Source of the DNA: an uncultured candidate division Zixibacteria bacterium
GTDB taxonomy: Bacteria; Zixibacteria; MSB-5A5; GN15; FEB-12
Length of the DNA: 64,000 bases
Direction: 5' to 3'
NCBI GenBank assembly: GCA_963735035.1
Contig: CAVTJJ010000006.1
Span: 384,001 to 448,000 of the forward strand
The notes beneath the pieces were generated by a model. It made no database searches, was not told the origin of the DNA, and saw only the letters and a list, made by a program, of their open reading frames with translations. Shown here in pieces: positions 52,564 through 62,936 of this stretch. Within the stretch, counting starts at the first letter, position 1; every line of letters starts with the position of its first letter. Made by a program: the position numbers and the translations under genes.

Positions 52564-53673
52564 ATGAAACTATCTCTTTTTGATTACAATCTTCCTCGAG
52601 AACTGATCGCCCAGCATCCGTCGCGGCGACGGGATCAATCGCGTCTGATGGTCCTAAATCGCTCAGGCGGCGAGATTCGTCATGCCCGCTTTTCTGATTC
52701 ACTGGACTATCTCAGGCCGGGTGATGCGCTGGTGGTCAACAACACGCGGGTGTTTAAGGCGAGGCTGCTGGGCAAGCGTGCGACCGGTGGTCAGGTGGAG
52801 ATATTTCTAGTCAGGAAATCGGGATTGCCACGCGTCGATGCCCCGCCTGACGGCGGGCCATCTCCGCTCGCAATGACGGATAGTGGGGCTCAGTCACGGT
52901 CCGCCGAAATCTGGGAGGCGCTGGTACAGCCATCGAAACGGCTCAACGAGGGGGAGAGGATCGCGTTCAGCGAGTCAGATTCTGTCACGCTTGAAAGTTA
53001 CATCGGAGATGGTCGGTGGCGGGTGGCATTCGATTCAACGCCTTCTCGTCAGAGAATCATTTCCAAGTATGGCCATGTGCCGCTGCCGCAGTATATCAAT
53101 CGTGTGGATGCTCCAACTGACATGAAGCGCTACCAGACCGTGTTCGCCAAGGCCGACCAGACCGGAGCGGTGGCGGCGCCGACGGCCGGGTTTCATCTCA
53201 CGCGAAGTCTGCTTCGAAAGATTCATGACAAGGGTGTGGCGTTGTGCGAAGTCACTTTACATGTCGGGCCCGGGACTTTCAAGCCGATCACAGTTGACGA
53301 AATCGAAGCTCATACGGTCGATCCGGAATATGCCACCCTGTCATCCGAGGTCGCCGATACCCTGAATCGTACTCGTCAGGCGGGCGGGCGGATTTTCGCG
53401 GTCGGGACAACTTCGGTGCGGACCCTGGAATCGGCGCCGCACGACGGCGAGCGGATTCTCCCGTTTGAGGGGATGGTCGATCTATATATCCAGCCCGGTC
53501 ATCAATTTCGATTTGTAGACCACCTGGTTACCAATTTCCATCTTCCTAAGTCATCGCTTCTGGTGTTAGTGGCGGCCTTTGCTGGGCGCGAGCAGGTTCT
53601 CGGTGCGTATGCCGAAGCCGTCGCTAACGAGTACCGGTTCTACAGTTACGGCGACGCCATGTTGATCCTATAA
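52564..53673 (+). CDS. queA: tRNA preQ1 S-adenosylmethionine ribosyltransferase-isomerase
   Basis: FDYNLP..LIAQ, YQTVFA, AAPTAG, AVGTTSVR, TNFHLP, FYSYGDAM. Confidence 0.97.
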   Translation: MKLSLFDYNLPRELIAQHPSRRRDQSRLMVLNRSGGEIRHARFSDSLDYLRPGDALVVNNTRVFKARLLGKRATGGQVEIFLVRKSGLPRVDAPPDGGPSPLAMTDSGAQSRSAEIWEALVQPSKRLNEGERIAFSESDSVTLESYIGDGRWRVAFDSTPSRQRIISKYGHVPLPQYINRVDAPTDMKRYQTVFAKADQTGAVAAPTAGFHLTRSLLRKIHDKGVALCEVTLHVGPGTFKPITVDEIEAHTVDPEYATLSSEVADTLNRTRQAGGRIFAVGTTSVRTLESAPHDGERILPFEGMVDLYIQPGHQFRFVDHLVTNFHLPKSSLLVLVAAFAGREQVLGAYAEAVANEYRFYSYGDAMLIL

Positions 53674-53714
53674 ACGCTTTCCTGGCACGGTTTGGGGACC
53701 TATATTCGGGGCCG

Positions 53715-54407
53715 ATGAAAACCTCGGCACTAATTGTAGCGGCCGGAAGCTCGGTCCGGTTTGGCGGGGCCTTGCCCAAGCAGTTTCGCACACTGGCGGG
53801 CAAGCCGCTGCTGGTATGGGCTATCCAGCGATTCGAAGAAGCCGCGTCGATTGACGATATCACCCTGGTCGTTGCGAAAGACCAGATTCAGTACACGCAG
53901 GAAAAGGTCCTCGCCCCTTACGATTTCAAGAAAGTCATCGGCGTGATGGCGGGAGGAGCGACACGGCAGGAATCGGTTCTTCGAGGTCTGGAGAGCTTCT
54001 CGACTTCGACGCGTCTGATAGCAATACACGATGGCGCCCGGCCCTTGGTGTCACCGGTCGATATCGATGCGGTAGTCAAAGAAGCCGCTACTCACAAAGC
54101 GGCAATATTGGCGACCCGTGTGATCGAGACGGTAAAGCGGGTCAAAGACGGATATATCCTCTCGACCCAGGACCGGAACGATCTTTGGACAGCCCAGACC
54201 CCGCAAGTGTTCGAGTACAGCCTGATTGTAGCGGCGCATCGCCGTGCGGCCGTGGCCGGACAAGATGCAACTGACGACGCCGCTCTGGTCGAGACCGCGG
54301 GTTACAAAGTCTGCGTGGTCGAAGCGACCGCTCCAAATCTGAAGATCACTAACCGCGAAGATATGAAACTGGCTGAGGCGCTCTTAAAAGGGGGCGGTGA
54401 TGTCTGA
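53715..54407 (+). CDS. ispD: 2-C-methyl-D-erythritol 4-phosphate cytidylyltransferase
   Basis: AAG...R, PKQF, RQESV, HDGARP, QTPQ, TDDA, NLKIT. Confidence 0.95.
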   Translation: MKTSALIVAAGSSVRFGGALPKQFRTLAGKPLLVWAIQRFEEAASIDDITLVVAKDQIQYTQEKVLAPYDFKKVIGVMAGGATRQESVLRGLESFSTSTRLIAIHDGARPLVSPVDIDAVVKEAATHKAAILATRVIETVKRVKDGYILSTQDRNDLWTAQTPQVFEYSLIVAAHRRAAVAGQDATDDAALVETAGYKVCVVEATAPNLKITNREDMKLAEALLKGGGDV

Positions 54408-54903
54408 CAGCAAGCTTTCCCGAATGAGAATAGGGCAAGGGTTTGACATCCACCGTCTGGTGGCTGGGCGTCGGTTGGTACTCGGCGGGGTAGAAATCCC
54501 GTTCGAGAAGGGACTGCTCGGCCACAGCGATGCCGATGTGTTGCTTCATGCCATCGCCGACGCGCTTCTGGGCACGGCCGCTTTGGGCGATATCGGCCGC
54601 CATTTTCCGCCGTCCGATCCCAAATTCAAAGACGCCGACTCGGCAGAACTGCTCGCGCAGGTAGTCCGAAAACTATACGCGGCGGGATGTGACGATATCT
54701 GCAATGTCGATTGTACGGTGATGGCCGAACTTCCGAAACTGCTGCCGTATATCGAAACGATGCGCAATCGTATCGCCGAGATTCTCAAGATCACGCCGGA
54801 TCGTGTGAGTGTGAAGGCTACTACCTGTGAAGGGCTCGGGTTTGTCGGACGCGAAGAAGGTATTGCCGCGTCAGCCGTCTGCCTGGCGATCTTCCATGAG
54901 TGA
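54400..54903 (+). CDS. ispF: 2-C-methyl-D-erythritol 2,4-cyclodiphosphate synthase
   Basis: [29 protein letters not shown]. Confidence 0.96.
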   Translation: MSDSKLSRMRIGQGFDIHRLVAGRRLVLGGVEIPFEKGLLGHSDADVLLHAIADALLGTAALGDIGRHFPPSDPKFKDADSAELLAQVVRKLYAAGCDDICNVDCTVMAELPKLLPYIETMRNRIAEILKITPDRVSVKATTCEGLGFVGREEGIAASAVCLAIFHE

Positions 54904-55528
54904 CTATTTGCCACAAATCAACGTCTGGCTTGATCAGGTGTTCGCGCACGGTTCGCTATGGGTGTACCTGGCGATTTTGGTGGCGTGCATGATCGAGAAT
55001 TTCTTCCCGCCATTTCCCGGTGATGCGTTCATAGTGGCGGCAGGTTGTCTGGTGGCGCTGGATCGTCTCGATCCGGCGTGGGCAATGACCGCAGTCTGTG
55101 TCGGCGGGATGATTTCGGCGGTGACCATGTATGGTATCGGACATCATTTTGGGCGCGGGTTCTTCATCAGGAAGAATTATCGCTACTTTTCGGCGAGGCA
55201 CATCGCCCGGGCCGAGGCCAAATTCGACCGCTGGGGTGGCCTGATCTTGGTAAGTTCGCGTTTCGCGGTCGGGATTCGGGTGGCGCTGCTGGTGGGAGCC
55301 GGGATCGCCGCTTATCCGGTCTACCGGTTGATCGCCTATACGCTGATTTCGTACCTTTTGTTTTCCAGCCTTCTGATGTTTCTTGGGTACAAATTGGTGG
55401 CGCATCTGGACCAGATTAAGTCCTTCCTGGCCACCTACAATTACATCGCGTGGGTGATTATTGTTGCGCTAGTCGCCTGGTATCTGTTTCGTCGGGCCAA
55501 AAAGAGGCGCAGAGGCAAAGAGAATTGA
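54896..55528 (+). CDS. DedA family membrane protein
   Basis: [20 protein letters not shown]. Confidence 0.9.
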   Translation: MSDYLPQINVWLDQVFAHGSLWVYLAILVACMIENFFPPFPGDAFIVAAGCLVALDRLDPAWAMTAVCVGGMISAVTMYGIGHHFGRGFFIRKNYRYFSARHIARAEAKFDRWGGLILVSSRFAVGIRVALLVGAGIAAYPVYRLIAYTLISYLLFSSLLMFLGYKLVAHLDQIKSFLATYNYIAWVIIVALVAWYLFRRAKKRRRGKEN

Positions 55529-56542
55529 AAGTACTAGTATTAGTCGGCGGTGATTCCAACGAACGGGCGGTATCGCTCAACAGCGGCGCGGCGATCTGCA
55601 AAGCGCTCATGAAGCTGGGGCATGAGGTCAAGGCGCTCGACTCCGGCACGGGGCAGTCTTTGATCGATAGCAATGGTCGCCTTCTGCTCGAAGGTGGCAA
55701 GGCGCCCTACGATGTCGCTTCAATAGCGACACCCGAACCGGGTGCGCTGGTCAAGTCGTTTGCGACCGATTACCGCGATGTCGATGTCGTTTTCCTGGCT
55801 CTGCATGGCGGCAAGGGCGAGAACGGCACGATCCAGAATCTGTTGGAACTGGCGGGAAAGAAATACACCGGATCCGGTATGGCGGCGTCGGCAGTGGCAA
55901 TGGACAAGGCGTTGGCCAAGCGGCTGATGGTTGCGGCCGGTGTGCCAACACCCGATGGCAGGATGTTCCGTCTGTCTTCCGAAATCACACCGGAGTCTGT
56001 CGTAAAGCAGATCGCTGATACTCTGCCTCTGCCACTGATTGTAAAGCCTAATGACGGCGGCTCGACTATCGGCCTGACCAAAGTGACCGAGAAGTCACAA
56101 ATACTCGAAGCGGTCAAGCAGTGTGCGATTCACAGCCGCGAAGTTCTGGTCGAGCGATATATTTCCGGTCGCGAGCTGACCGTTACAGTTTTCGACGGCC
56201 GCGCCTATCCGATTGTTGAAATCCGTCCCAAAGGCGGACTGTACGACTACGAGGCCAAGTACACGAAGGGGAAGAGCGAATACATCGCCCCCGCCGATGT
56301 CCCCGCCGATATCGCAGGAAGAATTCAGAAGGCGGCTACAGCGGTGTTTGAAGTAATTCGGTTGCCGCGGGCTCGCCCGGGTTGACTTCATCCTGGAACC
56401 GGACGGAAGGTTCTACTGTCTGGAAATTAACACTCTGCCCGGGATGACCGCGCTGTCGCTCGCACCGATGGCGTTCAAGTGCGAGGGGATAGAGTTCGAC
56501 AAACTGGTGGCTATGATCATCGAATCGGCCCTGAAAGATTGA
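55525..56542 (+). CDS. ddl: D-alanine--D-alanine ligase; one frameshift near 56358
   Basis: GGDSNERAVSL, LHGGKGENG, KP..GGS, YDYEAKY; RVDF..LEINTLPGMT continues in another frame to TGA at 56542. Confidence 0.93.
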
Positions 56543-56549
56543 TTCATAC

Positions 56550-57287
56550 ATGGAAAAACTTAGACCGCGCGCCCTCATATTTGATCTCGGCTCAACTCTG
56601 ATCGAATACGAATCGATCCCCTGGGACGAGCTCAACCTGATTTGCCTGGAGTCCGGGCGGCAATTCCTGATGACCAAAGGATACGACTTGCCGTCACGTG
56701 ACGTAGTAGAACAGACGTTTGAGGACATTAGGTCGGCGTATCGACGGGAAGCATCGGAGTCTCTGATCGAATGGGATGTGCCCACGGTCGTATCGCGCAT
56801 GTTCGATGCGCTTAATATCACCTACGATGATGCCCTGGTGGACGCTTTCTTCGACGCTTATTACGAGCCGGTCGATCGGGAGTTGTACATATTTGGGGAT
56901 ACGCTCGAGACTTTGGCTGTTCTGAAGAAGACTTATCCGGTGATGGGGCTGGTTTCGAATACGGTCTTTCCGGAGCGCGCCCACATGAGGGAGCTGGACC
57001 GGTTTGGCATAGCGCCGTTTCTGAAATTCACGGTGTTCAGTTCCACGTTTGGGCTTCGCAAGCCGCACGGTGATATTTTCATACAGGCCTGCAATCTGGC
57101 CGGGTACGCGCCGCCCGAATGTCTGTACGTGGGTGATCGATATATCGAGGATGTTCTCGGGCCGACCGGGATCGGAATGAACGCGATTCTCAAAGCCAAA
57201 GCGGGTCGCGAGTACCCGTCTGACATGCCGACATCGTTGCGTAAGATCGACAATCTAATCGAGCTGCTGGATCACCTGGAACATTAG
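56550..57287 (+). CDS. HAD family hydrolase
   Basis: IFDLGSTL, VSN, RKP, YVGDRY.ED. Confidence 0.88.
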   Translation: MEKLRPRALIFDLGSTLIEYESIPWDELNLICLESGRQFLMTKGYDLPSRDVVEQTFEDIRSAYRREASESLIEWDVPTVVSRMFDALNITYDDALVDAFFDAYYEPVDRELYIFGDTLETLAVLKKTYPVMGLVSNTVFPERAHMRELDRFGIAPFLKFTVFSSTFGLRKPHGDIFIQACNLAGYAPPECLYVGDRYIEDVLGPTGIGMNAILKAKAGREYPSDMPTSLRKIDNLIELLDHLEH

Positions 57288-57372
57288 GCCGTTCCGGCAG
57301 TTGCACTGGAAATACGACTGCAATATATTGCCGCCATTGCATTTTGGATGGACTAGCCGGAAGAGGTGATGT

Positions 57373-58449
57373 GTGGACAAAGTTGAACTGCTGCTGAAAG
57401 AACTTACCGAGACCGATGGCGTCTCCGGCCATGAGACCGATATCCGCCGCCTGATGGCGCGTGAGTTGAAGCGGGTGACCGACAGCCTTCACTATGACAA
57501 GATGGGCTCGATCATGGGGGTCAAGAAGGGGGCGTCGGACAAGCCTCGGATCATGGTTGTGGCTCATATGGATGAGATCGGTTTCATGGTGCGCGAGATC
57601 ACGAGCGAAGGATATATCAAGTTTCTGCCGCTGGGCGGCTGGTGGGGGCACGTCGCGCTCGGCCAGCGGTTGCGCGTACTGACCTCAAAAGGCCCGGTGA
57701 TTGGTGTGGTTGGTTCCAAGCCGCCGCATTTGCTTCCGGACGACGAACGCAAGAAGGTCATCGACATCAAGGATATGTTCCTCGACTGCGGTGTGATGGA
57801 GAAGTTTGATCTCGAGAAGAAGTTCGGCATCAAAGTTGGCGATCCTATCGTCCCGGACAGCCAGTTCACGATCATGAACAATGACAAGCTGTACCTCTCC
57901 AAGGCGTTCGATAATCGGATGGCCTGTGGCGTCGTGATCGAAGTTCTCAAGAAGCTCAACAAAGTCAAGCACCCGAATACGATTCTGGGATGCGGATCGG
58001 TACAGGAAGAAATCGGGCTGCGCGGCGCCCAGACCATAGCGCACCTGGGTGAACCGGACGTCTGCATCGTGTGTGATGTCGGCATAGCACAGGATGTCCC
58101 CCCGGACGGCTTCAAGAAGGCCGAAAAGCTCGGGGCCGGGCCGGGCATTCTGGTTATGGATGCCACGATGCTTCCGAATGTCGGACTCAAGAACCTGGTG
58201 GTCAAGACCGCCGAGACCGGACGCATTCCGTACCATCTGACGACCATGGATCGGGGTGGTACCGATGGCGGTCGGGTGCATGTCAGCCGAGTAGGGGTGC
58301 CGTCGATCGTGATCGGCGCACCGGTGCGATACATACACAGCCACAACGGAATACTGTCGCGGGCCGACTATGACAATACGATCAAGCTGGTGGCCGAGGT
58401 AATAAAGAGGCTGGACGCCAAAACGGTGAAATCATTCACGGAGGCTTAG
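57373..58449 (+). CDS. M42 family metallopeptidase
   Basis: SGHE, AHMDEIG, KAFDNR, QEEIGLRGA, GGTDG, RYIHS. Confidence 0.94.
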   Translation: MDKVELLLKELTETDGVSGHETDIRRLMARELKRVTDSLHYDKMGSIMGVKKGASDKPRIMVVAHMDEIGFMVREITSEGYIKFLPLGGWWGHVALGQRLRVLTSKGPVIGVVGSKPPHLLPDDERKKVIDIKDMFLDCGVMEKFDLEKKFGIKVGDPIVPDSQFTIMNNDKLYLSKAFDNRMACGVVIEVLKKLNKVKHPNTILGCGSVQEEIGLRGAQTIAHLGEPDVCIVCDVGIAQDVPPDGFKKAEKLGAGPGILVMDATMLPNVGLKNLVVKTAETGRIPYHLTTMDRGGTDGGRVHVSRVGVPSIVIGAPVRYIHSHNGILSRADYDNTIKLVAEVIKRLDAKTVKSFTEA

Positions 58450-58455
58450 AAGGTT

Positions 58456-59850
58456 ATGCCGCTCGTCTTTCGCAATAGCATGTCGCGCGTCAAAGAGGAA
58501 TTCAAACCGATCATTCCGGGAACGGTGCGGATGTACACCTGCGGACCTACCGTGTATGATTTCGCCCACATCGGCAATTTTAGGGCGTACACTTTCGAAG
58601 ACCTCCTGCGGCGGTATCTCAAATACAAGGGATACCAGGTCACGCAGGTGATGAACCTGACCGACGTGGACGACAAGACCATCCGCGACTCCCGCGCCCA
58701 GGGAATCACTCTGAAACAACACACGGCCAAATTCGAAAAGGCGTTCTTCGAAGATCTCAACTCGCTGCGCATCGAGCCGGCCGAACACTATCCGGCGGCG
58801 ACCGATCATGTGCCGGAAATGATCGTGATTATCAAGAAGCTGATCGAAAAGGGATTGGCTTATCAGGCCGATGGGAGCTGGTATTTCAAAATTTCGGCGT
58901 TCCCCGATTATGGCAAGCTGGCGCATCTGGACAAGAGCGGCATGAAAGCGGGTGCGCGGGTAGCGGCCGACGAGTACGAGAAGGAATCGGTCTCGGATTT
59001 CGCGCTGTGGAAGGCGTGGGATGAATCCGACGGCGATGTGTTCTGGGAGACCGAACTTGGCAAGGGACGGCCCGGCTGGCATATAGAATGCTCGGCTATG
59101 TCATCGAAATATCTCGGCAATCATTTTGACATCCACACGGGCGGGGTCGATAACATGTTCCCGCACCATGAGAATGAAATCGCCCAGTCTGAGGGCGCCA
59201 ATGGCGAGACGTTTGTCAATTACTGGATGCATTGCGAGTTCCTCAATATAGAGGGACGCAAGATGTCCAAGTCGCTGGGCAATTTCTATACGCTCAAGGA
59301 CCTGCTGGAGAAGGGGTATTCGCCGCTGGCCATTCGATATCAATTGCTTTCGACCCACTATCGGATGCAGTTGAATTTCACGCTCGATGGCCTCGATCAG
59401 GCGGCCAAATCGCTCGAACGGTACAACGATTTCATCACGAATCTGACCGAGTTTTCGGGTGGACAGTCGAGCGGCGAGGCGGAGGAGATAGTCAAGCGAT
59501 TGGAAACTGATTTCGAAGCCGCCATGGATGATGATCTGAATATCTCGCCGGCGCTCGGGGCGGTGTTTGATTTCATTCGCGATATCAACCGACTTCGTTC
59601 GGAGAACAAATTGTCGGCGGCGGAACGGGACAAGGCGCTGACAGCGATTCATCGGATCGACAAAGTGCTGGATTTTCAGATCAAGCAGGAATCACTCGAC
59701 AGCAAGGTAGAGGGTCTCATTGCGGAGCGAAGTCAGGCCCGGAAGAACCGAAATTTCGCCGAGTCAGACCGGATCCGCGACGAACTGCTCAAGATGGGGA
59801 TCGTGCTCGAGGACACCGCTCAGGGTGTCAAGTGGAAGCGGAAGATGTAG
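58456..59850 (+). CDS. cysS: cysteine--tRNA ligase
   Basis: YTCGPTVY, HIGN, GRPGWHIECSAM, KMSKS. Confidence 0.98.
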   Translation: MPLVFRNSMSRVKEEFKPIIPGTVRMYTCGPTVYDFAHIGNFRAYTFEDLLRRYLKYKGYQVTQVMNLTDVDDKTIRDSRAQGITLKQHTAKFEKAFFEDLNSLRIEPAEHYPAATDHVPEMIVIIKKLIEKGLAYQADGSWYFKISAFPDYGKLAHLDKSGMKAGARVAADEYEKESVSDFALWKAWDESDGDVFWETELGKGRPGWHIECSAMSSKYLGNHFDIHTGGVDNMFPHHENEIAQSEGANGETFVNYWMHCEFLNIEGRKMSKSLGNFYTLKDLLEKGYSPLAIRYQLLSTHYRMQLNFTLDGLDQAAKSLERYNDFITNLTEFSGGQSSGEAEEIVKRLETDFEAAMDDDLNISPALGAVFDFIRDINRLRSENKLSAAERDKALTAIHRIDKVLDFQIKQESLDSKVEGLIAERSQARKNRNFAESDRIRDELLKMGIVLEDTAQGVKWKRKM

Positions 59851-59868
59851 CGGCGCCTTGTGGGGATA

Positions 59869-59928
59869 TGTAGGTCGGGACCCTTGTGGTCCCGACAGAT
59901 GTCGGGGTGACAAGCATCCCGACCTACA
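59869..59928. repeat. GTAG-type REP doublet
   Basis: Inverted ends TGTAGGTCGGGA...TCCCGACCTACA with two internal hairpins. Confidence 0.7.
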
Positions 59929-59981
59929 AGACTTGATGCATCGGAGTCGAATTACGATCGGTAGGTATTGCAGTGAGCGCT

Positions 59982-60386
59982 ATGGTCAAAATCCTCCGTA
60001 TATGTGTGCTGGTAAGCTCTCTGAGTCTGGTTGCAGTAGTCTTTCTCGCGTATTACTTTCAGAAGACCGTGGTCCTCAATCCATATGTATCAGACGGTCG
60101 GCTTGTCGGGCTGTCGTACGAGATCATGGTGGACCTTTATGGCGCTCCCGAGATGGAGGATAATCGGATTGTCACTTGGGAGGATGGACGGAGTCACCGC
60201 TTCGTAGGGTTGGACATGTACTTCCCTATGATGCGGGCAGGAGATTCAGTGCTGATTAAGCACTTGCGCTGGATGTGCGGCGAGGATAGGCAGAGGGACA
60301 CAGAATTATACTGGAATGGAAGCTACTGGAGTGTGTTTCGTAGCGTGGAGGCGCCGCATAATGTGCCCTTGAGGGGACCGCTATGA
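59982..60386 (+). CDS. hypothetical membrane-anchored protein
   Basis: N-terminal hydrophobic segment; similar by eye to the next ORF. Confidence 0.6.
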   Translation: MVKILRICVLVSSLSLVAVVFLAYYFQKTVVLNPYVSDGRLVGLSYEIMVDLYGAPEMEDNRIVTWEDGRSHRFVGLDMYFPMMRAGDSVLIKHLRWMCGEDRQRDTELYWNGSYWSVFRSVEAPHNVPLRGPL

Positions 60387-60458
60387 GCAGTGAGTGAAGT
60401 GCCATGGTGCCTTAAGTGACCCGTCAACCTAGTTTTTGGTTAGATAGAGGAAATCGCC

Positions 60459-60926
60459 ATGCAAAGGAAAGACCCGTTGGTGCAAACGCCGACGGCGGTG
60501 TGGTCCAATAGCGCAAGGTCTTTGTGCGAAATGACTTTGGAGTGTTGCCTGGCAATCGTCTGTGGTATAGCGGCGTTGAATTTGAGCTGTGGAGATCATC
60601 GAGAACCACAGATACAGTGCGGCCACGTCGAGTTGCCCAGTGCTAATCTGGACGACATGGGCCTACACGATAATATGATCATTTCCAAGTACGGCAATCA
60701 GACTGGCGAAGGCGAATGCGATGTGACATTGACTTCACCTCCCGATCCGCGTGGCGGGTACCTGCAACACAGTATTCCGCTTATGCAGGAGGATGACACG
60801 GTACATGTGAGAGTCATGTTCTGGAAATACTCTGACGGACGATTCAAGTATAGGTGGCTATTGCAGTCTCAAGGGAGCTGGCGGGTGTTCCATGGTATCG
60901 ATTACAGAGGCATCGCTGATGAATGA
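60459..60926 (+). CDS. hypothetical putative lipoprotein (start 60459 or 60531)
   Basis: Hydrophobic stretch + LSC; similar by eye to the previous ORF. Confidence 0.55.
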   Translation: MQRKDPLVQTPTAVWSNSARSLCEMTLECCLAIVCGIAALNLSCGDHREPQIQCGHVELPSANLDDMGLHDNMIISKYGNQTGEGECDVTLTSPPDPRGGYLQHSIPLMQEDDTVHVRVMFWKYSDGRFKYRWLLQSQGSWRVFHGIDYRGIADE

Positions 60927-61164
60927 TTGTGTGTCGGGTGGGGGGCAAGCAATCGATCGTTCCAGCAGATCTTGCTCGGCTGTCCGCTTCAGCGGACGAT
61001 CGAGTGTGACCTGCCGGCGTCATGTTCAGGCGTCAGGTCACATTCCCGTTCCGCCTTGGGCGGCCCGGGAACAAGACCTGACGCAACAACCGGTGGTGCT
61101 GTCTGTTGCTGCAAGACTTGCGCTGACGGCTTTCAATCGCTAAATTCCCCCCGCTTATAAACCG

Positions 61165-61237
61165 GCCGGCGTAACTCAGTTGGTAGAGTACCTGATTTGT
61201 AATCAGGCTGTCCTCGGTTCGATTCCGGGCGCCGGCT
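61165..61237 (+). tRNA. tRNA-Thr(TGT)
   Basis: GCCGGCG/CGCCGGC acceptor, anticodon arm CCTGA-TTTGTAA-TCAGG, GGTTCGATTCC; CCA not encoded. Confidence 0.95.
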
Positions 61238-61263
61238 CTTTACTTTCCAAACGAGATTGCTCA

Positions 61264-62379
61264 ATGAATATGAAAACTTCCATACGAATCAGCGCGCTCG
61301 GTATCAGTCTATTCCTGATTGCCGGCTCCATCCTCGCCCAAACGGACTCCCTGCCGCCCATCAACGACGGCCCCTATGTCATTTGGACCGAACCCCACAA
61401 GGCTGAGGTGCTCTATATCTGCAATGATTCGCTGATCGAACGAGAGTATACCGATGTCGACACCCTGCATATTCGCGCCGGCTGCGATGATTCAGCGCCC
61501 ATGCTGGACATTCCAGCGACCCTATCAGCCGTCAAGCCGGACAGCTTCCCGAACGTTACCAAATTCTTCGCGGTCAGCGACATTCACGGCGAATACGAGG
61601 CACTCGTACAACTCCTTAGGAAAGCCGGAGTCATCGACAGCGCTCTGGCCTGGTCGTGGGGGAAAGGGCACCTGGTGGTTGTCGGCGATGTCGGCGACCG
61701 GGGCGACAAAGTAACCGAGGTCTATTGGCTGATCTATCGTTTGGAACAGGAAGCTCAGCGCGTGGGTGGAGACGTTCATTTCGTGATCGGCAATCACGAC
61801 AAGATGGATTTGCGCGGCGAGAGTCGGGATGTCAACGAAGTTTATTCGCGAGGCGTGGTGCTGAAGTCCCGGCTCACGTTGCGCGATTTGCTCGGGCCGG
61901 ACACTGAACTGGGCCAGTGGCTCCGCACCAGAAATGCCATTATCAAACTCAACACGGTGATTTTCGTACACGGCGGGCTCAGCCCGCAACTCGCGGAACG
62001 TGGATGGAGCATTACTGAAATCAACCGCCGGGTTCGCGAATACCTGGAGCTTAGGGGCACCCAGGTGGAGTTCAGTGATGAGCCGAAATTTCTCACCAGC
62101 GTCCTGGGCCCTCTTTGGTACCGGGGCTTCTTCCGGTCGGTGGAAGGCAAATACAACCAATTGACCGAGCCGGAAGTGCGCCAGGTACTGCTGAATTTCG
62201 GAGCCTCGGCTGTGGTAGTGGGGCATAGCCAGCATGAACATATCGATGGCTACTTTGGAGGCCTCGTATGGGGTGCCGATAATATCGTGGCAGGTCCAGA
62301 AATGATGGAGGGACTCCTCTGGCAGGACGATCACTACTACCGAGTATCCGGCGACGGCTCGCGAGTGCAACTACAATAA
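61264..62379 (+). CDS. secreted calcineurin-like metallophosphoesterase
   Basis: Signal peptide; SDIHG, GDVGDRG, GNHD, HGG, GPLWYRG, GHS. Confidence 0.9.
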   Translation: MNMKTSIRISALGISLFLIAGSILAQTDSLPPINDGPYVIWTEPHKAEVLYICNDSLIEREYTDVDTLHIRAGCDDSAPMLDIPATLSAVKPDSFPNVTKFFAVSDIHGEYEALVQLLRKAGVIDSALAWSWGKGHLVVVGDVGDRGDKVTEVYWLIYRLEQEAQRVGGDVHFVIGNHDKMDLRGESRDVNEVYSRGVVLKSRLTLRDLLGPDTELGQWLRTRNAIIKLNTVIFVHGGLSPQLAERGWSITEINRRVREYLELRGTQVEFSDEPKFLTSVLGPLWYRGFFRSVEGKYNQLTEPEVRQVLLNFGASAVVVGHSQHEHIDGYFGGLVWGADNIVAGPEMMEGLLWQDDHYYRVSGDGSRVQLQ

Positions 62380-62399
62380 CGCAGGGATTTGTAATTTCC

Positions 62400-62814
62400 C
62401 CGTGGGCGGCAGACGTCCTCATCTGCCCCTTGAAACGGGGAACACACGTGCCGGCCCGCCGTTTGGCCACGTGCCCGGCAGATGCCCACATCTGCCGGCT
62501 CGTATTGATACCGTGGCGATCTCAACTCCGTGGGCGGCAGACGTCCTCGTCTGCCCCTTGAAACGGGGAACACACGTGCCGGCCCGCCGTTTGGTCAAGT
62601 GCCCGGCAGATGCCCACATCTGCCGGCTCGTATTGATACCGTGGCGATCTCAACTCCGTGGGCGGCAGACGTCCTCGTCTGCCCCTTGAAACGGGGAACA
62701 CACGTGCCGGCCCGCCGTTTGGCCACGTGCCCGGCAGATGCCCACATCTGCCGACGCGCATTGATACCGTGGCGATCTCAACTCCGTGGGCGGCAGACCT
62801 CCTCGTCTGCCCCC
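62400..62814. repeat. 128-bp tandem array of palindromic units (3 full copies + a partial 4th)
   Basis: GTGGGCGGCAGAC starts at 62402, 62530, 62658 and 62786; units are nearly identical. Confidence 0.95.
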
Positions 62815-62936
62815 TATAACGGGTCACAAGGCAACAACCTGCTGTGCCGCTGGATTTTATGTTTACAGCCGCGAATATTCGCCGTATACTCGACCGACTG
62901 GCCGTGGTCAGAAATTGACGGTCAGGGATACAAAAA

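Noticed and set aside
61165..61240. tRNA-Thr without encoded CCA, or as an integration site
   Set aside because: Missing CCA is common in bacteria; no duplicated tRNA 3' end or integrase was seen for either tRNA
61180..61263. N-terminal extension of the phosphoesterase ORF
   Set aside because: It overlaps tRNA-Thr; the signal peptide starts at 61264/61270
62400..62814. CRISPR array
   Set aside because: The intervening sequences are near-identical rather than unique spacers, the period is 128 bp, and no cas genes are present
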